The position numbers were made by a program, and so were the translations under genes. A DNA stretch of 64,000 bases from Candidatus Omnitrophota bacterium (lineage in GTDB: Bacteria > Omnitrophota > Gorgyraeia > Gygaellales > Profunditerraquicolaceae). The stretch covers positions 296,793 to 360,792 of the forward strand of contig JAQUQW010000001.1 in NCBI GenBank assembly GCA_028716245.1, written 5' to 3'. Shown piece by piece: positions 1 to 10,047 of the stretch; the first letter of the stretch is position 1, and every line of letters begins with the position of its first letter. Under the pieces are notes generated by a model. It worked only from the letters and a program-made list of their open reading frames with translations. It was not told the DNA's origin and searched no databases.

Positions 1-1
1 T

Positions 2-670
2 GAATATAATCGCGTTAATAGCGAAGGTACCCTTAATATGCTGGAGGCCTGCGCTAAAAACAGGGTTAAGCGGTTTGTCTTTGCTTCATCAAGTTCAGTC
101 TATGGAGAGGTTAACGATTATCCTGAAAAGGAAAATTTTATCCCCGGCCCTATTTCTCCTTACGCTTTAAGCAAATTAACCGGTGAGCACTATTGTAAGA
201 TATTTAGCCTATATTTTGGCCTGCCTACGATTGCCTTACGTTATTTTAATGTCTTTGGCCCGCGCCAGGGGCTGGATGATGATTACGCGGTGGTTATCCC
301 GAAGTTTATCCACTGCTTGTTAAAAAACCTGCGGCCGCCGATTTTTGGTAACGGTAAGCAGTCGCGGGATTTTACATTTGTCGAAAATGTAGTGCAAGCC
401 AATCTCAATGCCGTAAAAGCGAGCAAGGTAAAACACGGGGTTTTTAATGTTGCCGGCGGAAAAGATACCAGTATCTTGGATTTAGTCGGGGTTTTAAATA
501 AGATCCTGGGTAAAGAGATCAAGCCTTTATTTCTTCCTGTGCGCGCCGGCGATGTATTCAGGACGCTTGCCGACATAGGGGAGGCCAAAAAGAAACTCAA
601 CTATAAACCAACCGTTGATTTTAATGACGGATTAAAGGTAACCGTTGACTATTGGAAGGAAAATGCCTAA
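2..670 (+). CDS. NAD-dependent epimerase/dehydratase (nucleoside-diphosphate-sugar epimerase), C-terminal part; 5' end lies outside the window
   Basis: Reading frame is open from base 2 ([20 protein letters not shown]...). It contains the typical [20 protein letters not shown] and [14 protein letters not shown] epimerase motifs. The ORF-track entry 38..670 is only the internal Met. Confidence 0.8.
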   Translation, partial: EYNRVNSEGTLNMLEACAKNRVKRFVFASSSSVYGEVNDYPEKENFIPGPISPYALSKLTGEHYCKIFSLYFGLPTIALRYFNVFGPRQGLDDDYAVVIPKFIHCLLKNLRPPIFGNGKQSRDFTFVENVVQANLNAVKASKVKHGVFNVAGGKDTSILDLVGVLNKILGKEIKPLFLPVRAGDVFRTLADIGEAKKKLNYKPTVDFNDGLKVTVDYWKENA

Positions 671-1595
671 AAAAACGGTTTTGATTACCGGCGGGGCCGG
701 ATTCATTGGATCGCATTTGATCCAAAAGTTGCTCAACTACGGTTATGCGGTAATCTGTTTGGATAATTTTATTACCGGCAGCCCGAATAATATTAAGCCG
801 TTTCTAAAGGATAAGAATTTTCGCCTGAATGTGTGTAATGTTGCCAATTATATCAATATCGCCGGTAAAATCGATTATGTTTTACATTGCGCTTCGCTGG
901 CCTCTCCCAAAGATTATTTGGATTTACCGATACAAACTTTAAAAGTCGGCTCTTTGGGCACGTATAACGCCCTGGGTCTAGCTAAAAAGAAAAAAGCCGC
1001 CTTTTTACTTTTTTCCACTTCGGAAGTCTACGGAGATCCATTTGTTCATCCGCAGAAAGAAAGTTATTGGGGAAATGTTAATCCGGTTGGTGTGCGCGGC
1101 TGCTATGATGAGTCCAAGCGTTTTGCCGAAGCAATCACGATGGCCTATCACCGCGTGCATAAAATAGACACAAAGATTGCGCGTATCTTCAACACTTATG
1201 GGCCCAGGATGCGCCATAGCGATGGAAGGGTAGTGCCTAATTTTATCGATCAGGCTTTAAAGGGAAAACCTTTAACGGTTTACGGTAAAGGGGAGCAAAC
1301 CAGAAGTTTTTGTTATATCGATGATTTGGTTGAAGGTTTATTCTGTTTAATGCGTTCAAAGGAAAACCAACCCGTAAATTTAGGCAATCCTTGCGAATTT
1401 ACGGTTATACAGCTGGCAAGGTTGGTTTTGAAATTAACTGCTTCAAAAAGCAAAATAGTCTTTAAGGACTTACCGCAAGATGACCCCCGGCAGCGCCAAC
1501 CGGATATCACCAGGGCCAGGAAATTTCTTGGCTGGAAACCGGCTGTCTCTCTGGAGGATGGCCTAAAGCGCACCATTTCCTGGTTTAAAGGGTAA
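663..1595 (+). CDS. UDP-glucuronate decarboxylase (UDP-xylose synthase)-like NAD-dependent epimerase/dehydratase
   Basis: Has the [14 protein letters not shown] Rossmann motif, YDESKRFAE catalytic YxxxK, and UXS-like FNTYGPRM and [14 protein letters not shown]. Likely start is the MPKK ATG at 663, preceded by GGAAGGA. Confidence 0.75.
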   Translation: MPKKTVLITGGAGFIGSHLIQKLLNYGYAVICLDNFITGSPNNIKPFLKDKNFRLNVCNVANYINIAGKIDYVLHCASLASPKDYLDLPIQTLKVGSLGTYNALGLAKKKKAAFLLFSTSEVYGDPFVHPQKESYWGNVNPVGVRGCYDESKRFAEAITMAYHRVHKIDTKIARIFNTYGPRMRHSDGRVVPNFIDQALKGKPLTVYGKGEQTRSFCYIDDLVEGLFCLMRSKENQPVNLGNPCEFTVIQLARLVLKLTASKSKIVFKDLPQDDPRQRQPDITRARKFLGWKPAVSLEDGLKRTISWFKG

Positions 1596-1613
1596 TTTTC
1601 AAGATCCCCTTCC

Positions 1614-1643
1614 TTGACAAGCCGCTCGAATATATGTTATACT
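1614..1643 (+). promoter_or_regulatory. sigma-70-like promoter upstream of cvpA-like gene
   Basis: TTGACA at 1614-1619, then about 18 nt, then TATACT at 1638-1643. An RBS GAGGAGG lies upstream of the ATG at 1679. Confidence 0.4.
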
Positions 1644-1678
1644 TTTTGATGAACTGAAAAATTGAGGAGGAGAGCGTA

Positions 1679-2257
1679 ATGATTAACGCAATTACACAGT
1701 TTAATTTTCTGGATGTTATAATCGTAATTATTTCACTTAGAATATGTTACGTTGCTTTTCAAATGGGTTTAGCCGTTGAGTTTTTTAAGCTTTCAGGGGT
1801 GATCCTGGCAACCTATCTCTCCTTGCATTATTATACCGGCCTTTCAGATATTATTCAGCGCCGATTTATCCCTAAAGGGATGCCTCTGGAATTTATGGAT
1901 CTTCTGGTTTTTATCATTTTAGCCGCAGGCGGATACCTGCTTTTTGTTGTTTTACGCAACTCCTTTTATCGTTTTATGAAATTGGAGGCTTCTCCTAAAA
2001 TCAGCCAATTCGGGGGGCTTACTTTGGGATTAGCGCGCCTGTTTTTTACAGTTGGGCTATTAATTTATATTTTAATGATCTCAGGCATAAAATACCTTAA
2101 TGATTCGGTAAAATATTCTTATTTAGGCAGCCGGAGCACATTAATTTCAAGCAATACCTATGGATGGCTATGGGGCAGTATTATCTCAAAGTTTTCTCCG
2201 AATGAGAAGTTTAATCCCACTGTTACCGAACTCCTGGAGAGATTCAACCGTAAATGA
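1679..2257 (+). CDS. cvpA: CvpA family membrane protein (colicin V production protein-like)
   Basis: The N-terminus has the CvpA signature (FNFLDVIIVIISLRICYVAFQMGL) and the protein has several predicted TM helices. Confidence 0.6.
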   Translation: MINAITQFNFLDVIIVIISLRICYVAFQMGLAVEFFKLSGVILATYLSLHYYTGLSDIIQRRFIPKGMPLEFMDLLVFIILAAGGYLLFVVLRNSFYRFMKLEASPKISQFGGLTLGLARLFFTVGLLIYILMISGIKYLNDSVKYSYLGSRSTLISSNTYGWLWGSIISKFSPNEKFNPTVTELLERFNRK

Positions 2258-3138
2258 AACTAATTAATTTTTATAATCAAGCGGTACATTTCGGTCGCTT
2301 GGCTGATCCGCGTAAAGATAAGTCCAAGATAAAAAACTTTGCGGATTCAGCCATTCTTTTTGGCAGGCCGGATCTGGAAGTTGAGAAGATAATGTTAGGC
2401 ATTGATATTGAAGTTGCCGATCTTCTGCTTGCTGACCATATCCGTCAAAGAGAAGGATTGGATTTGGTAGTCGCCCATCATCCGGAAGGAAAGCCTTTTG
2501 TGGATTTGCATGAGGTAATGAAGCTGCAGATTGACCTCTTGAGCCAGGCCGGGGTTGCCCGTAAAACAGCATCCAGGTTAATGGAAGAAAGGATGCTGGA
2601 AGTTGAGCGCAGGATCTTGCCGCAAAATCATACTCGCCCGGTTGATGCGGCCAGATTATTAGATATGCCTTTTATGAATGTGCACACTCCGGCGGATAAC
2701 CATGTTTACAGCTATCTAAACGCTTTTTTTAAGCGTAAGCTCAACAGTTTGTCTTTTCTTGAAGACGTAGTTAAAATATTGCTTACTATTCCAGAGTATG
2801 GGATGGCTAAAAAATTCAATACCGGGCCGCGGATAATTATTGGTAATCCCAAGAGGCGGGTTGGTAAGATCTTACTTGAGATGACCGGCGGCACGGAGGG
2901 TTCAAAAGATGTTTTTGACAAACTATATAAGGCCGGCGTCAGGACTTTAGTTTCTATGCATTTAAGCGAAGAGCATTTTAAGAAGGTCAAGGATGCCAAT
3001 CTTAATGTTGTTATCGCCGGCCACATTTCATCCGATACCTTAGGCTTGAATCTGCTTCTGGATAATATCGAAGTTTCCGCAAAACAAACTTTTCCTGTAG
3101 TGGCTTGCTCCGGTTTTACCAGAATTAAGAGAAAATAA
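2254..3138 (+). CDS. Nif3-like dinuclear metal centre protein
   Basis: VVAHHPEG metal-binding motif and a C-terminal VIAGHISSDTLG motif at the NIF3 positions. Its start overlaps the upstream stop by 4 nt. Confidence 0.6.
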   Translation: MKLINFYNQAVHFGRLADPRKDKSKIKNFADSAILFGRPDLEVEKIMLGIDIEVADLLLADHIRQREGLDLVVAHHPEGKPFVDLHEVMKLQIDLLSQAGVARKTASRLMEERMLEVERRILPQNHTRPVDAARLLDMPFMNVHTPADNHVYSYLNAFFKRKLNSLSFLEDVVKILLTIPEYGMAKKFNTGPRIIIGNPKRRVGKILLEMTGGTEGSKDVFDKLYKAGVRTLVSMHLSEEHFKKVKDANLNVVIAGHISSDTLGLNLLLDNIEVSAKQTFPVVACSGFTRIKRK

Positions 3139-3141
3139 AAA

Positions 3142-4908
3142 ATGGCTGGTCTTATTCCAGAAAATTTATTAGAAGATATCTTAAGCCGCGTGGATATCGT
3201 TGAGGTGATCTCCGGCTATATTCCGCTTAAGAAGTCTGGCCGTAATTTTAAGGCTAACTGTCCGTTTCACCATGAAAAAACAGCATCCTTTATGGTATCC
3301 GCGGAGCGCCAAATCTATCATTGTTTTGGCTGCGGTGAATCCGGTAATGCCTTTAAATTCCTTATGCGCCATGAGCGGATGGAGTTCCCTGAAGCGGTTG
3401 AGGTGCTGGCAAAAAAAACCGGGGTTATTTTACCTGAACAAAATAACCCGGCGGCGGCCAAGGCAGCCAGCTTAAGCAGCCAACTGCATAAAGTCAATGA
3501 GCTGGCAGTAAGTTTCTATGAGAATAATTTGCATGCTGCAAGTTCGGCTTCAGCATGTAATTATCTCTTAAATAGGGGCGTAAAACTCCAAACGGTAAAG
3601 GAGTTTCATTTAGGCCTGGCAACCAGCAACTGGGACAGCCTAATCAATTATTTAAGGTCAAAAAATATCGCTCTTTCGCTTCTGGAGCAGGCAGGCCTGG
3701 TCATGCCTAAAGATGCCGGGGGATTTTATGACCGTTTTCGCAACCGGATTATTTTTCCTATTTTTGATATTCGCAGCCGGGTAATCGGTTTTGGCGCCAG
3801 GGTAATGGACAATACCCTGCCTAAATATATCAATTCTCCGGAAACCCCGGTCTATACAAAAGGAAGGAATCTTTTTGGCTTGAATTTATCTAAAGATTTT
3901 ATCCGGGATGCCGATTGCGCGATAATTGTCGAAGGTTACCTGGATTTTATGATTCCTTATCAGGAAGGGGCCAAGAACATTGTAGCATCGCAGGGTACCG
4001 CCCTTACCTTAGAGCAGATCAAGTTGCTTAAGCGCTATACTCATAACGTAGTGATGATTTACGACGGGGATACGGCAGGGGAGATCGCCACCTTAAGAAG
4101 CCTGGATATCCTTATTGAAGAAGGCGTGAATGTAAAAGCAGTCCCGCTGCCAAAAGGGATGGATCCTGACTCCCTGGTGCGTAACCAAGGTATCGAAAAC
4201 TTCAAAGCCAAAGTCAATAATGCCAGCAGCTTATTTGATTATAAACTTAATGTTTTAAAGGGCCGTTATGATCTAAAGGAAGCCCACGGCAAAAGTAAGA
4301 TTGCCTCTGAAATGCTTTTGACGATTAATAAGTTTGATAATGCGATCCTGCGGGGAGAATACATTAAGAAATTAGCCGAGGAGATTAAAACTTCCGAACA
4401 TTATATTCTGGAGGAGCTGAACAAATTAAAATCGCCTGTTCTGGTGCGCCAGGCTGCTCCGGAAATTTTAGCGAAGAATAAATCCGAGATTAATCCGGCG
4501 GAAAAGCTTTTAATTAAATTCATGCTGGAGGAGAAAGAATTAATCTCAAGGATCATGCAGGAGCTTTCTCCGTCCGATTTCCAGGATTCCCGGACCGCTA
4601 AAATTGTTTCAGTAATGCATGATTTAGTCCTCCAGGGAAAAAATATCGCCCCCAGCATATTGATGAATTATTTTAGCGAAGATGACGCCAATCAGTTGGT
4701 TTGTGAAACTATGTTTATGCCCGAACTTTTAGATCAGGAAAGGGAAAAAGCCATTAATGACTGCATTGCGCGCATCAAAGTAGAAAGGCTAAAATCAAAG
4801 CGGGAACATTTACACGTGCAGATAAAAAGCGCCCAATTATTGGGGGATGAGCCGAAGTTAAACAGGCTCATTCAGGAATTTCATAATCTTATAAAGAAAG
4901 GCGACTAA
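3142..4908 (+). CDS. dnaG: DNA primase
   Basis: CHC2 zinc finger (CPFHHEKTASFMV...YHCFGCGESGN), TOPRIM region (IIVEGYLDF, DGDTAGE), and the conserved position ahead of rpoD. Confidence 0.9.
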   Translation: MAGLIPENLLEDILSRVDIVEVISGYIPLKKSGRNFKANCPFHHEKTASFMVSAERQIYHCFGCGESGNAFKFLMRHERMEFPEAVEVLAKKTGVILPEQNNPAAAKAASLSSQLHKVNELAVSFYENNLHAASSASACNYLLNRGVKLQTVKEFHLGLATSNWDSLINYLRSKNIALSLLEQAGLVMPKDAGGFYDRFRNRIIFPIFDIRSRVIGFGARVMDNTLPKYINSPETPVYTKGRNLFGLNLSKDFIRDADCAIIVEGYLDFMIPYQEGAKNIVASQGTALTLEQIKLLKRYTHNVVMIYDGDTAGEIATLRSLDILIEEGVNVKAVPLPKGMDPDSLVRNQGIENFKAKVNNASSLFDYKLNVLKGRYDLKEAHGKSKIASEMLLTINKFDNAILRGEYIKKLAEEIKTSEHYILEELNKLKSPVLVRQAAPEILAKNKSEINPAEKLLIKFMLEEKELISRIMQELSPSDFQDSRTAKIVSVMHDLVLQGKNIAPSILMNYFSEDDANQLVCETMFMPELLDQEREKAINDCIARIKVERLKSKREHLHVQIKSAQLLGDEPKLNRLIQEFHNLIKKGD

Positions 4909-4911
4909 CAC

Positions 4912-6465
4912 ATGAAGAAAAAAGAACGACCCACCAAAGATATGGAAAAATTGATTGCCTTGGGCAAACAGAAGGGTTTTCTTACTTACGATGAAGTCAA
5001 TGATCTTCTGCCCGAGGATCTTTCCAGCACCGTGGCCATCGACCATCTTTTTGAGTTGCTGGGCAATGAAGACATCCAGGTAGTTGAAGGCGAGGAGGAT
5101 GCCGGCTTGTCCGCAAGCCGGGCTGCCCAGGATAAACAAAATCTGGCTGCCAACCGGGAGGAGATTATTTGCGAACAGCTTAAGAGTGAAGAGCGTTTTA
5201 TGCCTTTAGATGATCCGGTAAAGATGTACTTGAAGCAGATGGGTTCAATTTCGCTATTGAGCCGGGAAAATGAAATCGAGCTGGCTAAAAAGATTGAGGA
5301 TGCCGAAGATAAATTCAAGCGCGCGGTCCTGGTGACTAAATTTGCCAGAAATGAGGTTTTAATTGTTGCCAATGATATCTTGGAAGACAAGATTAATATG
5401 GAAGAGGTGGTTAAAGAAGATATCCGGATAAAAAAAAGCAGCGTCCTGGGAAGGTTTAAGCGTATTTTAGCCAAAGCTAAGCAGACCCGCAGCGATAGTA
5501 ATGCGATTAATCTGATATTACAGCTTAACTTTACAACTTCCGTAATTGAAGCCGCGGTGCGTAAGCTGAGCCTTTTGATCCGGGAGCTTGATTATCTGAA
5601 GCGTTCGGGAAAAAGGAGTAATCTGCGCTGCCGCCAAATACTAAAAGAACTTGCTCAGCCCTACGGTAAAATTAAAGAGCAGATGAAGTTGATAAAATCT
5701 GCGCATCTTAAGTTTAGCCGCACGAAGAAAAAACTAGTAGAGGCAAACCTGCGCCTGGTTGTAAGTATTGCCAAAAAATATACTAATCGCGGCCTTTCCT
5801 TTTTGGATTTAATACAAGAAGGAAATATCGGATTGATGCGTGCGGTAGAGAAATTTGAATATAAACGCGGCTACAAATTTTCCACTTACGCAACCTGGTG
5901 GATCCGCCAGGCAATAACCCGTTCAATTGCCGATCAGGCGCGGACCATCAGGATACCGGTGCATATGACCGAAACGATCAATAAGATAATCCGTTTCTCA
6001 AGGGTCTTTGTCCAGAAGAACGGGCGTGAGCCCACTCCTGAGGAGATCGCCCATAAAATGCGTTTTCCGCAGGGTAAAATAAAATCCATATTAAAGATTG
6101 CGCAGGAGCCCATTTCATTACAGATGCCCATCGGGGATGAAGGGGATACGCATTTTGGGGATTTTATTCAGGATAAAAAAGCGGTTTCCCCCGCCAATGA
6201 AACCGTCCGTTCCATGCTCAAAGACGAAATGAATTCCGCTTTAAGTACCTTGACTGAAAGAGAGAAAAAAATCCTGGTTTTGCGTTTTGGTATCCAAGAC
6301 GGAGCCGCGCGCACTTTAGAAGAGGTAGGCAATGTTTTTAAGGTTACCCGCGAAAGAGTCAGGCAGATTGAGGCTAAAGCTTTAAAGAAACTCAGGCATC
6401 CGTCACGTTCGCGCAGATTGCGCACCTTTATGGATATGACATTGGCACACCAAAGGGAATATTGA
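4912..6465 (+). CDS. rpoD: RNA polymerase sigma-70 factor
   Basis: Region 2 ([28 protein letters not shown]), region 3 and region 4 ([29 protein letters not shown]). dnaG-rpoD synteny. Confidence 0.9.
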   Translation: MKKKERPTKDMEKLIALGKQKGFLTYDEVNDLLPEDLSSTVAIDHLFELLGNEDIQVVEGEEDAGLSASRAAQDKQNLAANREEIICEQLKSEERFMPLDDPVKMYLKQMGSISLLSRENEIELAKKIEDAEDKFKRAVLVTKFARNEVLIVANDILEDKINMEEVVKEDIRIKKSSVLGRFKRILAKAKQTRSDSNAINLILQLNFTTSVIEAAVRKLSLLIRELDYLKRSGKRSNLRCRQILKELAQPYGKIKEQMKLIKSAHLKFSRTKKKLVEANLRLVVSIAKKYTNRGLSFLDLIQEGNIGLMRAVEKFEYKRGYKFSTYATWWIRQAITRSIADQARTIRIPVHMTETINKIIRFSRVFVQKNGREPTPEEIAHKMRFPQGKIKSILKIAQEPISLQMPIGDEGDTHFGDFIQDKKAVSPANETVRSMLKDEMNSALSTLTEREKKILVLRFGIQDGAARTLEEVGNVFKVTRERVRQIEAKALKKLRHPSRSRRLRTFMDMTLAHQREY

Positions 6466-6494
6466 TTTTGGGGCTGTCCTTTTATTAATTAGAG

Positions 6495-8318
6495 ATGGAA
6501 AACCAAAAAGACAATAAAAAGGAAGAGGATAAGTCCAAAGATATCCGCGCCGAACTTGAGCTTAGGGTTAGGGTCAGGACAGCGGAATTGACCAGTTTAA
6601 ATGAAGAGCTGCGTAAAGAGATCAGCGAGCGCAAAGCAGTAGAAGCAGGGGCCGATACATTACATCAGCAGATTGGGTTTATTCTTGAGGCAACTAAGGC
6701 GGGTTTGGATATAATTGATAAAAATTATAATATTCTTTATGTAGATCCAAAACGGGCGCACCAGTATGGGGACTGGAAACAAAAAAAATGCTTTGAGTAC
6801 TTTATGGATCGCAAAAGCCCTTGCCTTGGGTGCGCTATCGATGAGGCACTCAAGACAAAAAAATCCATAGTTACTGAAAATGTACTGGCAAAAGAGGCTA
6901 ACCGGCCGATCCAGGTTACGGCAATACCTTTCCAAAATGAAAAAGGGGACTGGTTTATTGCCGAAGTAAGCGTCGATATAAGCCAGAAGAAGAAAGCTGA
7001 AGAAGAGTTGCAGCGTTACCGCAATCATTTGGAGCAGTTGGTGGAGGAACGCACGCAAGACCTTTTACAGGAGACGATCCGCTACCGGAATTCTGAATTT
7101 GAAAAAAGCAGGTTAAACCGCCAGCTGCTCAAAACTAATGAAAAATTAAAAAGCATCTCGCTTATCGACGCGCATACCGGTTTATTTAATTACCGTTACC
7201 TGCAGGATGCTATTGAAGTTGAGTTCAATCAGGCCAGGCGATACGCCCAGAATTTGGCCTTGCTTATGCTTGATGTCGATTATTTTAAATCCATAAATGA
7301 CGTATATGGGGTCGCTTTCGGGGATTTAGTTTTAAAGCAGCTGGCCGCTCAACTTAAGCGCATGGTCAGGCGTTATGATATCCTCATCCGCTATAGCGGA
7401 GAAGAATTTATCATTATCTCTCCCAGGTTAAACCGCAATACCGCCTTTAATATGGCGCAAAGGCTGCTTGAATCTCTGAATTTTATCAATTTCGGGAATA
7501 AAAAACACAGCGTTAAATTGAAATTAAGTTTTTCCGTGGTTTCTTTTCCCGAAGACAGGGTAAAGGGCGGAATAGATTTAGTCAATCTGGCCAATAGGGT
7601 GTTAAATAAGGTTAAGGAGAGCGGCGGCAACAGGGTATTTTCCGCCCTGGATATCAAAAGCCAGTTCAAGAAGGGGGTTGAAAAAATAACCAAAGCAGTG
7701 GGGGTAAAAACTTTAAAGAATACAATCAGTAAACTTAATAAGCAATCAAAACAGGGTTTGAGTGAATCCATTTTTGCTTTTGCCAAGACCCTGGAATTAA
7801 AAGACCATTACACCGGTGAGCATGTTGAAAACACGGTGCATTTTGCGACCGAGATAGCCAGGGAATTAAACTTACCTAAAGAGGATGTCGAATTGATCAA
7901 ACAGGCGGCAATGCTGCATGATTTAGGCAAGATCGGCATAAGCGAAAATATTCTGCTTAAGAAAGGCAAACTTAATAAGCGGGAGTTTAATGAGATCAAA
8001 AAACATCCGCAGATCGGCGCCGACATTATCCGGCCAATCCAGTTTTTACACGCCTTGATTCCGTTCATATTTTACCATCATGAGCGCTGGGACGGAAAAG
8101 GTTATCCCAGCGGAATAAGGGGAGAAGATATTCCTCTTGGGGCCAGGGTGATTGCGATTGCCGATGTCTATCAAGCCTTGATCAGCGACCGCCCCTATCA
8201 TAAAGCGTTTACTAAATCCGCGGCGATAGATATAATCAAAAAATCCTCGGGCACACAGTTTGATCCCCGTATCGTAAATACTTTTCTAAAGGTCTTGGGC
8301 CGGGAAAAGAAACCCTAA
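6495..8318 (+). CDS. GGDEF-domain (SGEEF variant) plus HD-GYP-domain c-di-GMP turnover protein, with N-terminal coiled-coil and a Cys-rich PAS-like sensor region
   Basis: Diguanylate-cyclase fold with RYSGEEF, followed by an HD-GYP domain (HDLGKIGI ... HHERWDGKGYP). The N-terminus has CFEYFMDRKSPCLGC. Confidence 0.8.
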   Translation: MENQKDNKKEEDKSKDIRAELELRVRVRTAELTSLNEELRKEISERKAVEAGADTLHQQIGFILEATKAGLDIIDKNYNILYVDPKRAHQYGDWKQKKCFEYFMDRKSPCLGCAIDEALKTKKSIVTENVLAKEANRPIQVTAIPFQNEKGDWFIAEVSVDISQKKKAEEELQRYRNHLEQLVEERTQDLLQETIRYRNSEFEKSRLNRQLLKTNEKLKSISLIDAHTGLFNYRYLQDAIEVEFNQARRYAQNLALLMLDVDYFKSINDVYGVAFGDLVLKQLAAQLKRMVRRYDILIRYSGEEFIIISPRLNRNTAFNMAQRLLESLNFINFGNKKHSVKLKLSFSVVSFPEDRVKGGIDLVNLANRVLNKVKESGGNRVFSALDIKSQFKKGVEKITKAVGVKTLKNTISKLNKQSKQGLSESIFAFAKTLELKDHYTGEHVENTVHFATEIARELNLPKEDVELIKQAAMLHDLGKIGISENILLKKGKLNKREFNEIKKHPQIGADIIRPIQFLHALIPFIFYHHERWDGKGYPSGIRGEDIPLGARVIAIADVYQALISDRPYHKAFTKSAAIDIIKKSSGTQFDPRIVNTFLKVLGREKKP

Positions 8319-8388
8319 CTTTTCAAACAAATTCTCTTGCCCCGATACAAATAATATGTTAAACTAAAAAAATTAAATATGTAAGTTA

Positions 8389-8462
8389 GGGCCCATAGCT
8401 CAGTCGGTTAGAGCAGTTGACTCATAATCAATTGGTCCGGGGTTCGAGTCCCTGTGGGCCCA
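8389..8462 (+). tRNA. tRNA-Met (anticodon CAU), elongator-like
   Basis: Manual fold. Acceptor stem GGGCCCA/TGGGCCC, D stem GCTC/GAGC, anticodon loop CUCAUAA, T loop GTTCGAGTC. It resembles the elongator Met tRNA. Confidence 0.85.
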
Positions 8463-8476
8463 GTATAATTTTTTAT

Positions 8477-8550
8477 GGGCGATTGGCTCAGTTGGTTAGA
8501 GCGCCACATTCACATTGTGGAAGTCAGGGGTTCGAATCCTCTATCGCCCA
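8477..8550 (+). tRNA. tRNA-Val (anticodon CAC)
   Basis: Manual fold. Acceptor stem GGGCGAT/ATCGCCC, anticodon stem CCACA/TGTGG with loop TTCACAT, T loop GTTCGAATC. Confidence 0.85.
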
Positions 8551-8581
8551 AATTTATAACCCTGAGCTTTAAGGAGTAAAA

Positions 8582-9301
8582 TTGGCAACAATTGATTTAA
8601 AAAAACAGATCATCGGTTTAGTAAAATTACAGGAATTAGACAGCGAAATTTACGCTTTAGGAAATGAAAAGGCGGCTAAACCCCAGGAGATTGCGGGGCT
8701 TTTGGCTTCTTTTGAAGCAAAAAAACAGGATTTAGCTGAACTGGAAAAAAAATCCCTGGAGATACAAAAACAACGCAAGGAAAAAGAACTGGAACTGGCA
8801 ACCAACGCCGAAGCGGTAAAAAAACTTCAAGGCCAGCTTTATTCTTTAAAAACAAATAAAGAATTTCAGGCTATGCAACAGCAGATTGCCGATAACCAAG
8901 CCGATGGGTCGGTAATCGAAGAAAAGATCCTTATTTCTTTCGAGGAATCGGATAAGATAAAAGCCAGGATTGAAGAGGAAAATTTAAAGTTAAAAAATGA
9001 AGAGAAAATTTTTTCCGAGCAGAAAAAAAAGGTAGAGGCCCGCGTAAAAGAAATAGATGAGCGTTTGAGCCAATTAGATGCCCAAAGAAAACAGGCCGTT
9101 GCGGATATTGACCCGAAGATGCTGCATGAATATGAACGGATCCTGCAGAGCCGTGATGGTTTGGCTATTGCGGCAGTTAAGGATAATTCCTGCGGTGGCT
9201 GCCACATGCTGCTGCCTCCTCAGGTAATTAATTTGATTAAAATGTATGAGCATATCATTACCTGTGAGATGTGCAACCGCATTCTTTACATTAACGAATG
9301 A
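8582..9301 (+). CDS. COG1579-type coiled-coil zinc-ribbon protein
   Basis: Long coiled coil with a C-terminal CGGCHMLLPP...CEMCNRIL zinc ribbon. TTG start with an AAGGAG RBS. Conserved neighbourhood with Nif3 and RNase H. Confidence 0.7.
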   Translation: MATIDLKKQIIGLVKLQELDSEIYALGNEKAAKPQEIAGLLASFEAKKQDLAELEKKSLEIQKQRKEKELELATNAEAVKKLQGQLYSLKTNKEFQAMQQQIADNQADGSVIEEKILISFEESDKIKARIEEENLKLKNEEKIFSEQKKKVEARVKEIDERLSQLDAQRKQAVADIDPKMLHEYERILQSRDGLAIAAVKDNSCGGCHMLLPPQVINLIKMYEHIITCEMCNRILYINE

Positions 9302-9723
9302 GCCATTTGAAAATTTACATCGACGGGGCATCGAAAGGTAATCCGGGCGAAAGCGGGGTGGGAGTTGTTATTTATCAGGATGACCGCATTATCAAAAAAA
9401 TTTCAGAATATATAGGGAGCGCTACGAATAACGCGGCTGAATATACGGCCTTAATCTATGCCCTTGAGGAGGCGTTATTATTAAAAGCCAAGAGTTTAGA
9501 GATTAACACGGACAGCCAGCTTTTGGCCAGGCAATTAAATAAGCTCTACAAGGTTAAACACGCGGGTATAAAAAATTTTTACAACCGGGTAACGCATCTT
9601 TTGACGGGTTTTGATAAAGCGCTGATTATTCATATTCCGCGGGAGCAAAATAAATTAGCGGATAAATTGGCAACCGAAGCGGTTAAAAAAAGCAGGCAGA
9701 ACGTGGCTGCCCTATTGAGATAG
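9298..9723 (+). CDS. rnhA: ribonuclease HI
   Basis: IYIDGASKGNPGESGVGVVI, TNNAAEYTALIYAL and DSQLLARQL catalytic motifs of RNase H type 1. Confidence 0.85.
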   Translation: MSHLKIYIDGASKGNPGESGVGVVIYQDDRIIKKISEYIGSATNNAAEYTALIYALEEALLLKAKSLEINTDSQLLARQLNKLYKVKHAGIKNFYNRVTHLLTGFDKALIIHIPREQNKLADKLATEAVKKSRQNVAALLR

Positions 9724-10025
9724 GGAGGAAAGTCCGGGCTCCAGAGGATAACGTAACGGGTAACCCCCGTCTCTTAACGCAAGTTAAGACGGATTCGAGC
9801 CACAGAGACGAGTAGCAGCTAAGGCTGCGAGGTGAAACGCGGCAATCTCTACGTGGAGCAAAGCAGAATAGGAGATGAGCGCTGATCCGGCGCGTTCCGT
9901 ATTTGCGGGAAATAATCTCGGGTAAGCTGCTAAAGTTCCGGGAGAAATTCCGGGATTGAGAGGAATAGCCACTAATCGATGCGCAGATTCGCATCAAGAC
10001 AGAACCCGGCTTATTCTGCCTGCTT
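9690..10025 (+). ncRNA. rnpB: RNase P RNA (bacterial type A)
   Basis: Universally conserved GGAGGAAAGTCCGGGCTCC at 9724-9742 and ACAGAACCCGGCTTA at 9999-10013. P1 helix AGCAGGCAGAA (9691-9701) pairs with TTCTGCCTGCT (10014-10024). The 5' end overlaps the last 30 nt or so of rnhA. Confidence 0.8.
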
Positions 10026-10047
10026 AATTATTAAAGAGGAGGAAGTT

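Noticed and set aside
9683-9997. 104-aa and 62-aa minus-strand ORFs, and the 9979 plus-strand start
   Set aside because: They lie within the RNase P RNA gene. Conserved rnpB sequence blocks explain the region. yebC starts at 10048 with a strong RBS.
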